From Eledone cirrhosa (taxonomy: Eukaryota): 64,000 nt of DNA. The position numbers were made by a program, and so were the translations under genes. Within the stretch, counting starts at the first letter, position 1, and each line of letters opens with the position of its first letter. This document shows, in pieces, positions 26,171 to 39,319 of this stretch. The stretch spans positions 324,880,001 through 324,944,000 of the forward strand of contig OZ024743.1 of assembly GCA_964016885.1 (NCBI GenBank). Direction: 5' to 3'. The notes beneath the pieces were generated by a model. That model was not told the origin of the DNA. It did not search any database and saw only the letters and a program-made list of their open reading frames with translations.

Positions 26171-26448
26171 TTGGTTCTATTTCTTGAGGTTTCACTCTTC
26201 CAACAGCCCCATTCACTTCAAGCACTCACATAACCATACCAGTGCAATCATTATTGTTGCATGCTACATTCAATTCCTCTTCTACTCATGTTTTTTCTCA
26301 GCTCATTTGTATTTTGTTACTCATGTACACTAACATTAAATACCCAATGAAGCATGCATGCTTCATTTCTTTTTAGCAACCATAAATCTTCTGCTTTGAT
26401 GGCTCATAACTCCCTATCATACAACATGTCTGTTCAAACACAACCAGT

Positions 26449-26632
26449 TTAACCCTTTAGCATTTAAACCGGCCGTATCTATCACCTCTTTCTGTTAAAA
26501 CTGGCTGTAACCTGGCACTCATACCAATATTTAGGTATTGTTCTAAAAATAGGTAATATCAGTTGTGAGGTAAAGCCTTTACCATGAAAATACAATAGTA
26601 AATATAGAGTAATGTAAATGCTAAAGGGTTAA
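26449..26632. mobile_element. TTAA-flanked piggyBac-like MITE (TIR CCCTTTAGCATTTA); copy in the opposite orientation at 60859-61073
   Basis: TTAACCCTTTAGCATTTA...TAAATGCTAAAGGGTTAA. Confidence 0.8.
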
Positions 26633-27089
26633 ACATTCAGAATGTGAAGAAACAAGACTAAAATATTTCACACCATTTAGTGAAATACTCACTGCTCTTC
26701 CTGATATTTTACTGAATCTTTGTTCACTAAATATTGATAGTATAAAATGACGATATATTTAGTGACAAGTTATCACTCCCCATGATACAAGTAGGCTGTC
26801 AAAAGTTGATGGAAATTAATGTGGTTAATGACTGGCCAGGTCATAAATATGATAATATATATACAGTAGAACAAACACACCAGGTGCTTGGTTGAAATAT
26901 AAACCACAGAGGGAACTGCTGGTTATGGTGTGAAACTGGGTGACATAATAGAAGAATACTGATGACAAAATTCACCCCAGAATATATCTGCTATACAGTT
27001 TCACAGTGGCTTGGAACTAAATACTACAAGATATTTAGTCAGACTCTCTGCTATTTCTACCAATTTGTATACATACATACATACATACA

Positions 27090-27183
<94 letters not shown>

Positions 27184-27834
27184 TGATGGCTGCAAACTCT
27201 GCTAAGAGCATTGCAATCACTTGCCAGATTACAGAAACTGGTGCACTTTTAGGCTACGGCCAGCCACACAAACCTGTAACATATCCTGAACAAGCAATGT
27301 CTGTGCTTTGAAGGTTTTTCAAGTGGGGAAAGGCCTTGTACTCGACCAATCCCACTCTCTGAACATTGAAAACACTACCCGAAAAGGATAACTAGTCAAC
27401 ATCATCGGATGTTTCCGAAGCTGCAGGTTTTTTTTCTGTTTCCCTCTCCTAGAAATGTGTTGTGACAACAACTGGGGGCCTTTCACTCCCAGGTGAAAAA
27501 AAAGTGCTATTTGGATGGCCGTTGACTGTGCTGCATTCCTTCGCCCTTTGCTGGGTCTTGTATTTCATCCCGCAGGGTGTCCAAATATCACCCTCCTCAC
27601 CAAGCAAACTTGGTGGGGTTGCCGGTTTAGTCACCGACGACCCCACCATGAGACAGGTTGTACTGGGCTACATGTTACCAGTAGCACTCAAAAACAGCCT
27701 GACATACATACATACCCTAACTACTAGATCACATGCTTTCACACACAGACACATGTTTCGTATCTGTTTTGTTTTTTCTATGGGTTGTCTACCAACCATC
27801 CTAAGGGAACCGATCCAACATGGAGGGGGAACAG

Positions 27835-28265
27835 TTGCAGATATCCTTACCCACATATGCTACAAAATCTGGCTAACAGGAGAATAGCCCAAAACCCTGA
27901 ATACAGTTGCTAATCTCCATTCTTCTCAAGAAAGGCAAACATGAACAGTACACAAACTATCTTACTATAAGTCTCATCAGTCATGCCAGCAAAGTCAAGC
28001 TTAAAGTGATTCTGAACTGCTTAAATCCACAAGTGGAAGACATCATTGCAGAAGAACAAGCTGGATTTCACAAGGGAAGAAACACCATAGAGCAGATATT
28101 CAATCTCCAGGGTCTGTGCAAGGAATACAGTCAACAACCACCAGGTGATATCATACCTTCATAGATTTTTTTTTAATCCTTCAACAGAGTGTGGCATGAG
28201 GAACTGTGGGCCATCATGAAGGAATGCAACATTCGCAAAAAACTGACTGGTATCATTAGCCAGTG
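27835..28265 (+). mobile_element. RTE-BovB-type reverse transcriptase fragment (pseudogenised)
   Basis: KKG..NYLTISLISHASKV..EEQAGFHKGRNTIEQIFNL. Confidence 0.88.
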
Positions 28266-28957
28266 CTATGAGAAATAGGCAGCAAATTGGCAGAGTCGTT
28301 AAACCATTGGATAGAATGCTTTGCAGCATTTGTTCCAGCTCTCTGCTCTCTCACTTCAAATCACGCCGAAGTCAACTTTACTTTTCATCCATTCGAGGTC
28401 AACAAAAAAGTACCAGTCAAGTACTGGGGTCGATTCTGCCTCTATATCTCTTTCTCACTTCTTTTCTCTCACTCTCTATCCTTCTCTGGAAGAAATCTGC
28501 TGTATTCAAGCCTGGAGAGAAGGTCTCTGCCAGGTTTTAAAATGCTCTAAGAAATGCTGTGTGTTAATATGGTGCTCTACAACTTGTTCAGAAGTTGTGG
28601 TTTAGCACTTCTATTTTGTGAGGTTTGTATAAGGTCAGCTTTTAGGTTATAAGGTCCTCCTAAGTTATCATAGATCTTCCTTTTCCATTGGCTCTATCAA
28701 TATCAAGTCCCCTGCACTTCTTTATACAGATGCAATCTTCCGTATGCATTACCTGACCATACTACTGCAATGACCTTTCCTTTTATGCCCAGTTTTTTTC
28801 CAGTTCATTAATGTTCAGTCATTCATGTACACTACAGAGCATGTATGCCTCATTTCCTTCCAATTTTTGTAGGTGCTCCGCAAACAAAACCCAAATCTCA
28901 CTTCCATGCAGTATTGCTGTTTCCACACAAGCATCATACAATCTGCTACTCTCTACC

Positions 28958-28991
<34 letters not shown>

Positions 28992-30816
28992 TACATATGC
29001 ACACATGCATATACACATGCAAATATACGCATATACTCACATAAATATATAAACACACATGCACACACACACACATATATATACATACATATATACACAT
29101 ACCTATATATATATATATATATGGATATATATTGTGTGTGTGTGTGAGTGAGTGTGTGCCTGTATCCAGATATAAACATAAAAGCAGAGACCTACCTAAA
29201 ACATAAGAACAAAATATAAAGATATAATTATGATGTATATATGTGTGTGCATGTGGGTGTGTGCATGCGCATGTGTATGTATATATATGTGTGAGTGTGT
29301 GTGTGTGTATATATATGTGTATATAGATGTGTGTACATGTACCCTCGTCGCCATCACCATCATTATTATCACCCTCGTTTTATATCCCTTTTCCACACAA
29401 AATATCAGATAGATATCTAGATACATGAGAGCAAAATATAAAGATATATCTATATAAAGCAACAAAGATATAAAGATACAAAGATGTGATACAGAGATAC
29501 GGGAGTGGAGATAGAAAGATACAGGAAAATAGAGATATAAAGTTATAGATATAACAAGATGGAACGTCAGATGTGAATGAGATATGTTTAGAAAATCTTA
29601 TTAACGAAGTGTGTTATGCTGCATGGTAGTGAAATAAGGGCTGTGACTGCAGTGGATGGGTGTAGACTAGAGAGAAATGAAACAACCATGCTCCGTTGGA
29701 TGTACAATGTAAGTGTAAGAGAGAGAGAGAGAGAGAGGGGCAGAGCTTGGACGAGTTGAAGGAGAAGCTGGGTTTAACAGGAATTCGTGGTGGTGTACAG
29801 GAGAGATGACTGCGTTGGTTTGAACCTGTGATGTGCATAGACAATGATCGGTGGGTAAAGAACTGCCAAGAAATGCCAGTGGAAGGATGTTACAGTAGAG
29901 GTAGACCAAGAGAGACCTGGGCAGAGGTTGTGAGAGCTGACCTCAAATCACTGAGACTCACAGAGGTGATGACAAAAGATCACAAAGTGTGGAGAGATGC
30001 CATGTTGAGAAGGACCCGTCCAACTCATGAAAAGCGGACATAAAAACGATGATGATGTTGTGTGTGTATTTCTATACTAAGAACCATAAATGTTTGTATA
30101 TGCATATATATCCTTATAATTTAGGAGGATCGTCGTTGCCAATAAAAAACATGCACTAGTTGAGTTTCACTTCAGTGTTAGTATTAGTTAGGTAACTAGG
30201 GCGGTAGATTGGCAGTGTTGGTAGGACGTCGGACAACATGCTTTTTGGCATAAGGTGACGACTCTTTATGTTCTGAGCTCAAATTCCGCCGTGGTTAGCT
30301 TTGCCTTTCATCCTTATAGGGTCGATAAAATAAAGTACCAGTAATGCACTGAGGTCGATTTAATCGCCTCCCCTAAAATTGCCCGCCTTGTGCCTAAATC
30401 AGAAACCATTATTAGTTAGGTAACTAATCCATTCCTTAGATAGTTTAGTAACCAGATGATCATTTAATTGTCATATTTAATTGTCACAGCTTGTTCCTCA
30501 CCCATTTTGTGACCCTCTCAGTGACTATTTTTACTCCGCTGTGTCTCCTCTTTGTGCTATTTTACATTTTGTATTTCTAGCAGGATATCTTGGGAAAGAA
30601 TATTTTCAGACAATGTGTTTGCTATTTTTTTTTTTTGCAGTTTATTTTTTTGGCAACAAGACCCTACCAAAGTATACCAATATCTATAGAATGGTGTACT
30701 CATGCACAGAGATGTTATAGAATAGCTTATAAAATAGAGTGAGGTCCCTTAAAGAGAGAAAAAGAAGTTACCATCAAATGTTATGACAAATTGCAAAACA
30801 AATACAAAAATGGGGC

Positions 30817-30874
<58 letters not shown>

Positions 30875-30986
30875 TGTGGTGTTAAGACCAAGGAGACCAT
30901 TAATTATGGGAGTACTCAATGCATAGGGAGATGCAGAGTGGATATTGAGACATGTAAAATCTCGACCTCAGCACCACACATATATA

Positions 30987-32800
30987 CATCATCATCATCA
31001 TCGTTTAACGTCCATCTTCCACGCTAGCATGGGTTTGGACGGGAATTTTCCCACTTGAAGCAAGATTGGTTGTCTTGCTCGTAAAGGACTGTCTGGCGGG
31101 TTTTCTACGGCTGGATGCCCTTCCTAACACCAACCACGTTTACAGTGTGAACTGGGAGGTTTTTACTGTGTTACCTACACAGCCACATTACAGCGTGGAC
31201 TGTGTTTTTTTGTTGTGACACCTACACGACCTCATTTGTTTAGGACTGGATGTTGTGGTACCAACATAACTTTACAATGGAAGGGGTGGTGTGGATGGGG
31301 TGGGGGTAGTGGGACGTGGGGTGGGGGTGGGTGGGTGTATTTTTGTTAGAGGTGCCTACTGGCTGTAGGTATCGCTTTGTACTTAGGCAAGGCGGGTCTT
31401 CTGTATTACTGTGTAGCGCCAAAGATCTCGGTCCAGTGACATTGTCTTGGAGAGGTGTAAGTGTGTGAGGTCGGAATTTATCAAGTCGTCCCAGGTTTTT
31501 CTGGGTCTGCCTACTCCATGCCTACCGTCTATTTTTATTGCCCTGCACTTTTTTATACAGCTGTCGTCTTTCATGCGCATCACGTGACCGTACCAACGTA
31601 GTCTTCTCTCGAGTAAACAGCATCGGATCCCTCTTATTCCTAATTCCTCCCTTAGTTTGTTTATGCTTTGCCGTTCACGTATATTGCTATTACACATCCA
31701 GCAGAGCATGCAAGCTTCGTTCCTCTCCAGTCTGCGTATATCCTCTGCACACAATGCCCAGGTCTCACTGCCATGTAACATTGCTGTTCGTATGCAGGCA
31801 TCATACAGCCTGCCTTTCATTTTTAGAGAGAACCCTTTAGCGGCCAATAGTGGTATAAGCTCTCTGAACTTTTTCCATCCCGTTCTGACTCTAGCTACTG
31901 TACTTTCAGAGCACCCTCCACCACTGCTGATTTTGTCACCCAGGTAACGGAAGGTGTCCATTATTTCTATAGAACCATGTGCAATGGAATGAGCTAGTAT
32001 TGTGTGGGCACTTGCTGCTACTTATTGCACCAGAGCACCGGCCACATATAAAATCTATATTCTTAGTTAGCTTACCTGTGATCCCACTACATCTTTTATG
32101 CACCAATACTTTGCATTTGGGACATAAAATGGAGTTTCTGCCTTCTCCTTTCCTACACACTGAGCATGACCATTTCCCAGATGGGACTGGTGCCCTATTT
32201 TCCTTCCTACAAACTAGAACTTTAGTCTTAGACAGGTTAATTTTAAGGCCTTTTGATTCTAGGCCATGCATCCATATTTGGAATTTCTTGTCTAGTTCGG
32301 CCATTGATTCAGCTATGAGCGGTAGATCATCTGCGTATAGGAGTTCCCATGGGCAGCCGGTCTTGAACTCCTCTGTTATAGCCTGAAGGGGAATAATAAA
32401 TAGGAGGGGGCTAAGGACGGAGCCCTGATGAACACTAACTTTTACGCTAAATTCTTCACTATATTCGTTGTTAATTCTAACCTTACTGACTGTTTCTTTA
32501 TACATGGCTTGTATAGCTCTCACAAGCCATTCATCAACACCTAGTTTTCTAAGAGCCCACCAGATAATGGAGTGGGGGACTCTGTCAAAGGCTTTCTCCA
32601 AGTCAACAAAAGCTAAGTATAGGGGTTTACTTTTAGCTAGGTACTTCTCCTGTAGTTGTCGTACAATGAAAAGAATGTCTGTGGTACTTTTACCTGACAC
32701 AAACCCGAACTTCATTTCATCTAGATCAATTCGCTCTCTGATTAGTTGCGCTATTACTTTTTCTGTGACCTTCATGACCTGGTCGATTAATTTAATGCCT
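30987..32800 (-). mobile_element. 5'-truncated RTE-like LINE of the same family, frameshifted near 31975
   Basis: ORFs 31936-32775 and 31383-31961 are colinear with the 35053 ORF; (CAT)n tail at 30987. Confidence 0.95.
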
Positions 32801-32869
32801 ATATATATTTAATGTAGAAATGGCTTCTACAGGACTAGAACTGTTTCATTCAGGAGAAATCATCCGGAA

Positions 32870-32918
32870 GCTTCCTGATGATTTCTCCCGAATGAAACAC
32901 TTCTAGTCCTGTAGAAGC
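32870..32918 (+). ncRNA. Type-I hammerhead ribozyme (mirror copy on the - strand at 32823-32871 has a broken core)
   Basis: GCTTC-CTGATGA-T.TTC-TCCC-GAA.T-GAAACA..TGTA^GAAGC: 5-bp helix I, GUA triplet. Confidence 0.75.
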
Positions 32919-33016
32919 CATTTCTATATTAAATATTTATACTCTGCTATGTATTGAGAACCTTACTGTGGTTACCCCCGATTGAACCCGGGATAAACTT
33001 ATATATATATATATAT

Positions 33017-33885
33017 ATCATCATCATCATCATCATCATCATCGTTTAACGTCCGTGTTCCACGCTTGCATGGGTTTGGACGGAGGGTTTTCCCACTTGA
33101 GGCAAGAGTGGTTATCTTGCTCGTATAGGACTGTCTGGCGGGTTTTCTACAGTTGGATGCCCTTCCTAACACCAACCACATTTACAGTGTGGGTCTGTGA
33201 GGTTTTTACCGTGTTGCCTACACGGCCACATTACAGCGTGGACTGTGTGTTTTTTTGTCGTGACACCTACACGATCTCATTTGTTTCGGCCTGGATGTTG
33301 TGGCACCAACATAACTTTACATAGAACGGGGTGGTGTGGATGGGGTGGGGGTGGTGGGACGGGGGTGTATTTTGTTAGAGATGCCTACTGACTGTAGTAG
33401 GTTTTACTTTGTATTTAGGTAAGGCGGGTCTTCTCTATTACTGAGTACCGCCAAAGGTCTCGGTCCAGTGACATTGTCTTGGTGAGGTGTAAGTGTGTGA
33501 GGTCGGAATTTATCAGCTCGTCCCAGGTTTTTCTAGGTCTGCCTATTCCGTGGCTACCGTCTATCTTTATTGCCCTGCACTTTGTTATACAGCTATCGAC
33601 TTTCATGCGCATCACGTGACCATACCAACGTAGCCTTCTCTCGAGTAAACAACATCTGATCCCTCTTATTTCTAATTTTTTCCTTAGTTCGTTTATGCTT
33701 TGCCGTTCACGTATATTACTATTACACATCCAGCGGAGCATGCAAGCTTCGTTTCTCTCTAGTCTGCGTATATCCTCTGCACACAATGCCCAGGTCTCAC
33801 TGCCATGCAACATTGCTGTTCGTATGCAGGCATCGTACAACCTGCCTTTCATTTTTAGGGAGAACCCTTTAGCGGATAATAGCGG

Positions 33886-33890
<5 letters not shown>
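33017..33890 (-). mobile_element. RTE-like LINE 3' fragment (~870 bp)
   Basis: MKGRLYDACIRTAMLHGSETW ORF plus 3'UTR and tail. Confidence 0.93.
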
Positions 33891-33934
<44 letters not shown>

Positions 33935-34155
33935 AGAACAAAAGATGGTTAAAAGAGTTCCATGTATTTTATTATGCGCATTTCAAAAACAAATATCATC
34001 ATGCAATAATATTTGTGTTTTCATCAGATAAAACAGGAAGACATGATATGAAGATTAAAAAACACTTGTGGATAGTGCAGTTTTAAATCAACATATGTTG
34101 ATTTAAAACTGCACTATCCACAAGTGTTTTTTAATCTTCATATCATGTCTTCCTG

Positions 34156-34222
34156 TTTTATCTGATGAAAACACAAATATTATTGCATGATGATATTTGT
34201 TTTTGAAATGCGCATAATAAAA
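34156..34222 (+). ncRNA. Type-I hammerhead ribozyme, intact (identical mirror copy on the - strand at 33967-34033)
   Basis: TTTTAT-CTGATGA-AAACACAAATAT..ATATTTGTTTTT-GAAA-T-GCGC-A-TA^ATAAAA: 6-bp helix I, long helix II, palindromic minimal helix III, AUA cleavage triplet. Confidence 0.85.
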
Positions 34223-35009
34223 TACATGGAACTCTTTTAACCATCTTTTGTTCTTATATATTATATATACTCCAGTCCTGCAAACTGTAGAGTGCTTCTT
34301 ATCCGATATCTGCATTGCTTTATTGTACTACAATAAAACTCACCTCCTACATATATATATATATATATATGTGTGTAAATATGAGAATAAACGTGCTGCG
34401 TGGTTGCAAATGGGTTACATATGAATGAAGTAGTCCTTCATCAGTGATCTTCCAACCATCATCAGTATTTCTTCGCTTTAAAGACCATATACCTCCGATT
34501 GGTGTGAGCAACAGCTAAAGAAAGTCGTTGGGACATGTAAATAAGGGGAACAGTGAGAGTGTAAACAAACAAAGATGGTGAAGCAATGAAAAGTGAGGAA
34601 GAACGAGTCAAGTCCCAAATATGTATATATATATATATATACAAAATACACCCCGTCCCACCACCACCACCCCCACCCCATCCACACCACCCCGTTCTAT
34701 GTAAAGTTATGTTGGTGCCGCGCCATCGAGGCCGAAACAAATGAGATCGTGTAGGTGTCACGACAAAAAAACACACAGTCCACGCTGTAATGTGGCCGTG
34801 TAGGCAACACGGTAAAAAACCTCCCAGACCCACACTGTAAATGTGGTTGGTGTTAGGAAGGGCATCCAACTGTAGAAAACCTGCCAGACAGTCCTATGCG
34901 AGCAAGACAATCACTCTTGCCTCAAGTGGGACTACCCCCGTCCAAACCCATGCAAGCGTGGAACACGGACGTTAAACGTTGATGATGATGATGATGATGA
35001 TGATATATA

Positions 35010-36777
35010 TACTATAGCACAACTAATCAGAGAGTGAATTGATCTAGATGAAATGCAGTTTGGGTTTGTGTCAGGTAAAAGTACCACAGACGCTCTTTTC
35101 CTTGTACGACAACTACAGGAGAAGTACCTAGCTAAAAGTAAACCCCTATACTTAGCTTTTGTTGACTTGGAGAAAGCCTTTGACAGAGTCCCCCGCTCCA
35201 TTATCTGGTGGGCTCTTAGAAAACTAGGTGTTGATGAATGGCTTGTGAGAGCTATACAAGCCATGTATAAAGAAACAGTCATCAAGGTTAGAATTAACAT
35301 CGAATATAGTGAAGAATTTAGTGTAAAAGTTGGTGTTCATCAGAGCTCTGTCCTTAGCCCCCTCCTATTTATTATTGCCTTTCAGGCTGTAACAGAGGAG
35401 TTCAAGACCGGCTGCCCATGGGAACTTCTATACGCAGATGATCTAATGCTCATAGCTGAATCAATGGCTGAACTAGAGAAGAAATTCCAAACATGGATGC
35501 ATGGCCTAGAATCAAAAGGCCTTAAAATCAACTTGTCTAAGACTAAAGTTCTAGTATGTAGGAAGGAAAATAGGGAACTGGTCCTATCTGGGAAATGGCC
35601 ATGCTCAGTGTGTAGGAAAGGAGTAGGCAGAAACTCCATTTTATGTCCCAAATGCAAAGTATTGGTGCATAAAAGATGTAGTGGGATCACAGGTAAACTA
35701 ACTAAGAACATAGATGTTATATGTGGCCGGTGCTCAGGTGCAATAAGTAGTAGCAAGGGCCCACAGGATACTAGCTCCTTCCATTGCCCAGATGGTTCTA
35801 TAGAAATAGTGGACACTTTCCGTTACCTGGGTGACAAAATCAGCAGTGGGGGAGGGTGCTCTGAAAGTACAGTAGCTAGAGTCAGAACGGGATGGAAAAA
35901 GTTCAGAGAGCTTATACCACTATTGGCCGCTAAAGGTTTCTCTCTAACAATGAAAGGTAGATTGTATGATGCCTGCATCCGAACAGCAATGTTACATCGC
36001 AGTGAGACATGGGCATTGTGTGCAGAGGATCTGTGCAGACTGGAGAGGAACAAAGCATGCATGCTCCGTTCGATGTGTAATAGTAATATACGTGAACGGC
36101 AAAGCATAAACGAACTAAGTGAGAAATTAGGAACAAGAGGGATCAGATGCTGTTTACTCGAGAGAAGACTACGTTGGTATGGTCACGTGATGCGCATGAA
36201 AGACGACAGCTGTATAAAAAAGTGCAGGGCGATCAAAATAGATGGAAGCTACAGAGTAGGCAGACCCAGAAAAACCTGGGACGATTTGATAAATTCCGAC
36301 CTTACACACTTGGACAATGTCTCTGGACTGAGATCTTTGGCGCCACGCAGTGATACAGAAGACCCGCCTTGCCTAAGTTCAAAGCGAAACCTACAGTTAG
36401 TAGGCACCTCTTAACCAAAATTACACCCCATCCCACTACCCCTACCCCCACCCCCCTCTACACCACCCCTTTCTCTGTAAAGTTATGTTGGTACCACAAC
36501 ATCCAGTCCTAAATAAATGAGATCATGTAGGTGTCACGACAAAAAAACACACAGTCCACGCTGTAATGTGGCCGTGTAGGTAACACGGTAAAAACCTCCC
36601 AGTCCACACTGTAAACGTGGTTGGTGTTAGGAAGGGCATCCAGCCGTAGAAAACCCGCCAGACAGTCCTTTACGAGCAAGACAACCAATCTTGCTTCAAG
36701 TGGGAAAATTCCCGTCCAAACCCATGCAAGCGTGGAAGATAGACGTTAAACGATGATGATGATGATGATGATGATGA
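35010..36777 (+). mobile_element. 5'-truncated RTE-like LINE: RT (YADD) with a Cys-rich insert, 3'UTR and (GAT)n tail
   Basis: 453-aa ORF 35053-36414 with QFGF, FVDLEKAFD, LYADD and RRLRWYGHVMR motifs. Confidence 0.95.
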
Positions 36778-37108
36778 TATATATATATGCGTGTGTGTGT
36801 GTATGCATATGCTGATCGAGGAGATGGAACTGTCTATTTTTCCATTGTTTTTTCTGTTGTCTTTGTCCTGTGTACCCCACCCTGTTTTGGATATATATAT
36901 ATATGGAAAAGAATGAAACGAAATTTCATTTCTCACTCTTAGTACGGCTGATACCCAAATTTAAGTATGTATACGTACATACATATATGTGTACAGACGT
37001 GCAGCACACATATATATATATGTACATATGCAAATTAGGCTGCTCAGCCGTTAATATGCATAAGGAAAGTATATACTTTCAAATGTTCAACCATCTGACA
37101 AAGGTATA

Positions 37109-37149
37109 CGATGCTGATGATAGCTAATAAGCTTGAAACTAGTACAGCG
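37109..37149 (+). ncRNA. Minimal type-I hammerhead ribozyme
   Basis: CGATG-CTGATGA-T.AGCT-AATA-AGCT.T-GAAAC-TA-GTA^CAGCG; palindromic ACTAGT helix III; one mismatch in helix I. Confidence 0.78.
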
Positions 37150-38129
37150 TTCCTGTATCAGTGTTGAACAAAAGGGCGATGATGGTTGCCGAGCACTGTA
37201 CGGCTTAATTCGGGCTGTTTGTTTACAAACAAACCGAACATTATAATAAATGTTCGGTAAACCCATACGTACATGTATATATGTGATATGTGTGCATGTA
37301 TGTATATATATACATACTACTGTACGTCTGTACACATATATGTATGTACGTATACATACTTAAATATATATATACACACACATACATACACGCACACACA
37401 TCATTGTCATCATCATCATCTTCATCATCATCCTTTTTCTCTGCTAGCAAGGCTTGACAGATCTTCAGTTCTCAAGCAGAGCTACTGTCCTCTCATATAT
37501 ATATCCTGTAAGGTGGTCATGCTCGTGACACAACAAAAAGTGCCCAGTCCACCCTTTTAGGTGGTTGTGTTGGTGGCATGACAAAAGTGCCCAGTTCACC
37601 CTGAAAGGTGGACGTTTTAGTGACACAACAAAAAAGCACCAAGTCCACCCTGTAAGTTAGTCATGCTGGTGACATGACAACCAGTGCCCAGTCCACCCTA
37701 TAAGTAGGTGGTGCTGGTGATATGTCAAAAACCACCCAGTCAACTCTCTTAGATGTTTTTTTTTGTGCTACAATAAAAAGTACCTAGTCTACACTGTAAT
37801 ATGGTTGGCATTAGGAAGGGCATCCAGCCTCATAGAATAAGCCACAAACAGTCTCCTGATCTAACTTGTCTCACAACATCTAAACCATGCTAGCATGGAA
37901 AATGGACGTTAAATGATGATGATGATTTGTCAAGATGATAAACAGCTGAAATGAAGGGAAACAAAAGATACTTTGGCTTGCTTCCTTAACACAATAAAAC
38001 TATTCTTTAGCTGATGGCTAAGATAGAAGCACAAGAGGGGTTAAGATGGGGTTAAAAACAAAGATATTTATAGAATGTAATTCTATATTAAGAAAGATAT
38101 ATAAGTGTTTGTCTATGTATGTGTGTATA

Positions 38130-38192
<63 letters not shown>

Positions 38193-38693
38193 TAGCAGAA
38201 ATAACACCTCTGAGTGGTTTTCTTCCAATATATGTATGTATGTGTGTGGTGTGTGTGTGTTTTGTAATGTATCTATCAATGTATACAAATGTATGACATG
38301 CAATTGACATAAACTTGCACAGAGATATTTCGTATTGTGATTTATTGTATTTAAAACTATGCCGGTTATTCTCTATAAAAAGGGTGACCCTCCCCAACAC
38401 CACCACCACCACCACCAACACCACCACCACCACCACCACCACCACCACCACCACCACCACCACCACCACCACAACAACAACAACAACAACACCACCACCA
38501 CCACCACCACCACCACCACCACCACCACCACCACCACCACCACCACCAACAACAACAACAATTTAATGAAGCAAAGATGAGATATGAGCCAATAATAAAC
38601 TAAAGCATGATTAAAACAGCCCAGCACACTACCTTTGATTATTTTTATCAACTCATGGATACACCATAAACTCTAGGAGGACACTATGTAATG

Positions 38694-38725
<32 letters not shown>

Positions 38726-39319
38726 CCATCATCACCGTTTCACGTCCATTTTTCCACACTGGCATGGGTTAGATGAATTATCCTGTTGTGACCAACGCCA
38801 GATCAGGTGACCATGTCTAGAATAGATATAAATAAATGTCTTGAGCCCAGAGGCTCATCAGGCCGGTGCTTACCCCAGTTTCCATGACATGAAGCACCTA
38901 AGAGTACAAGAACTCCTTCCTTCCTGGAGAGGACGCCAGTCCTTCGCAGGGTTAAACCCACAGCTATTGTAGGAACCCATTTTCAGCTGAGTATACTGAA
39001 GCAACGTGGAATGAAGTGTTTTGCTCAAGAACACAGCACACAACCCAGTCCAGGAATCGAACCCACAACACTATGATTGTAAGTTCAATACCCTTACCAC
39101 TAGGCTACATGCCACCACACATAAATAAATAGTATCACTATTTTTTTGTGATGGGAGAATGATATGAACTTGCAATGATATGTGATTTTGTGGTTTATTT
39201 ATTCAATATTACAACCCTCTTCCACTCTGAGCTACCAGTCATCACTCCCTCTCTTCTAGTCCTCTTTCCACTACATAAAGCTTGTCCTCATACTCCCTCT
39301 ATACCTCTCTGAGTGATGA

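Noticed and set aside
34400-34470. Two CTGATGA motifs on the - strand
   Set aside because: No matching GAAA/NUH or closing helices found
35053-36414. 453-aa ORF as a host or domesticated gene
   Set aside because: 5'-truncated LINE RT with a damaged C-terminus and many near-identical sibling copies
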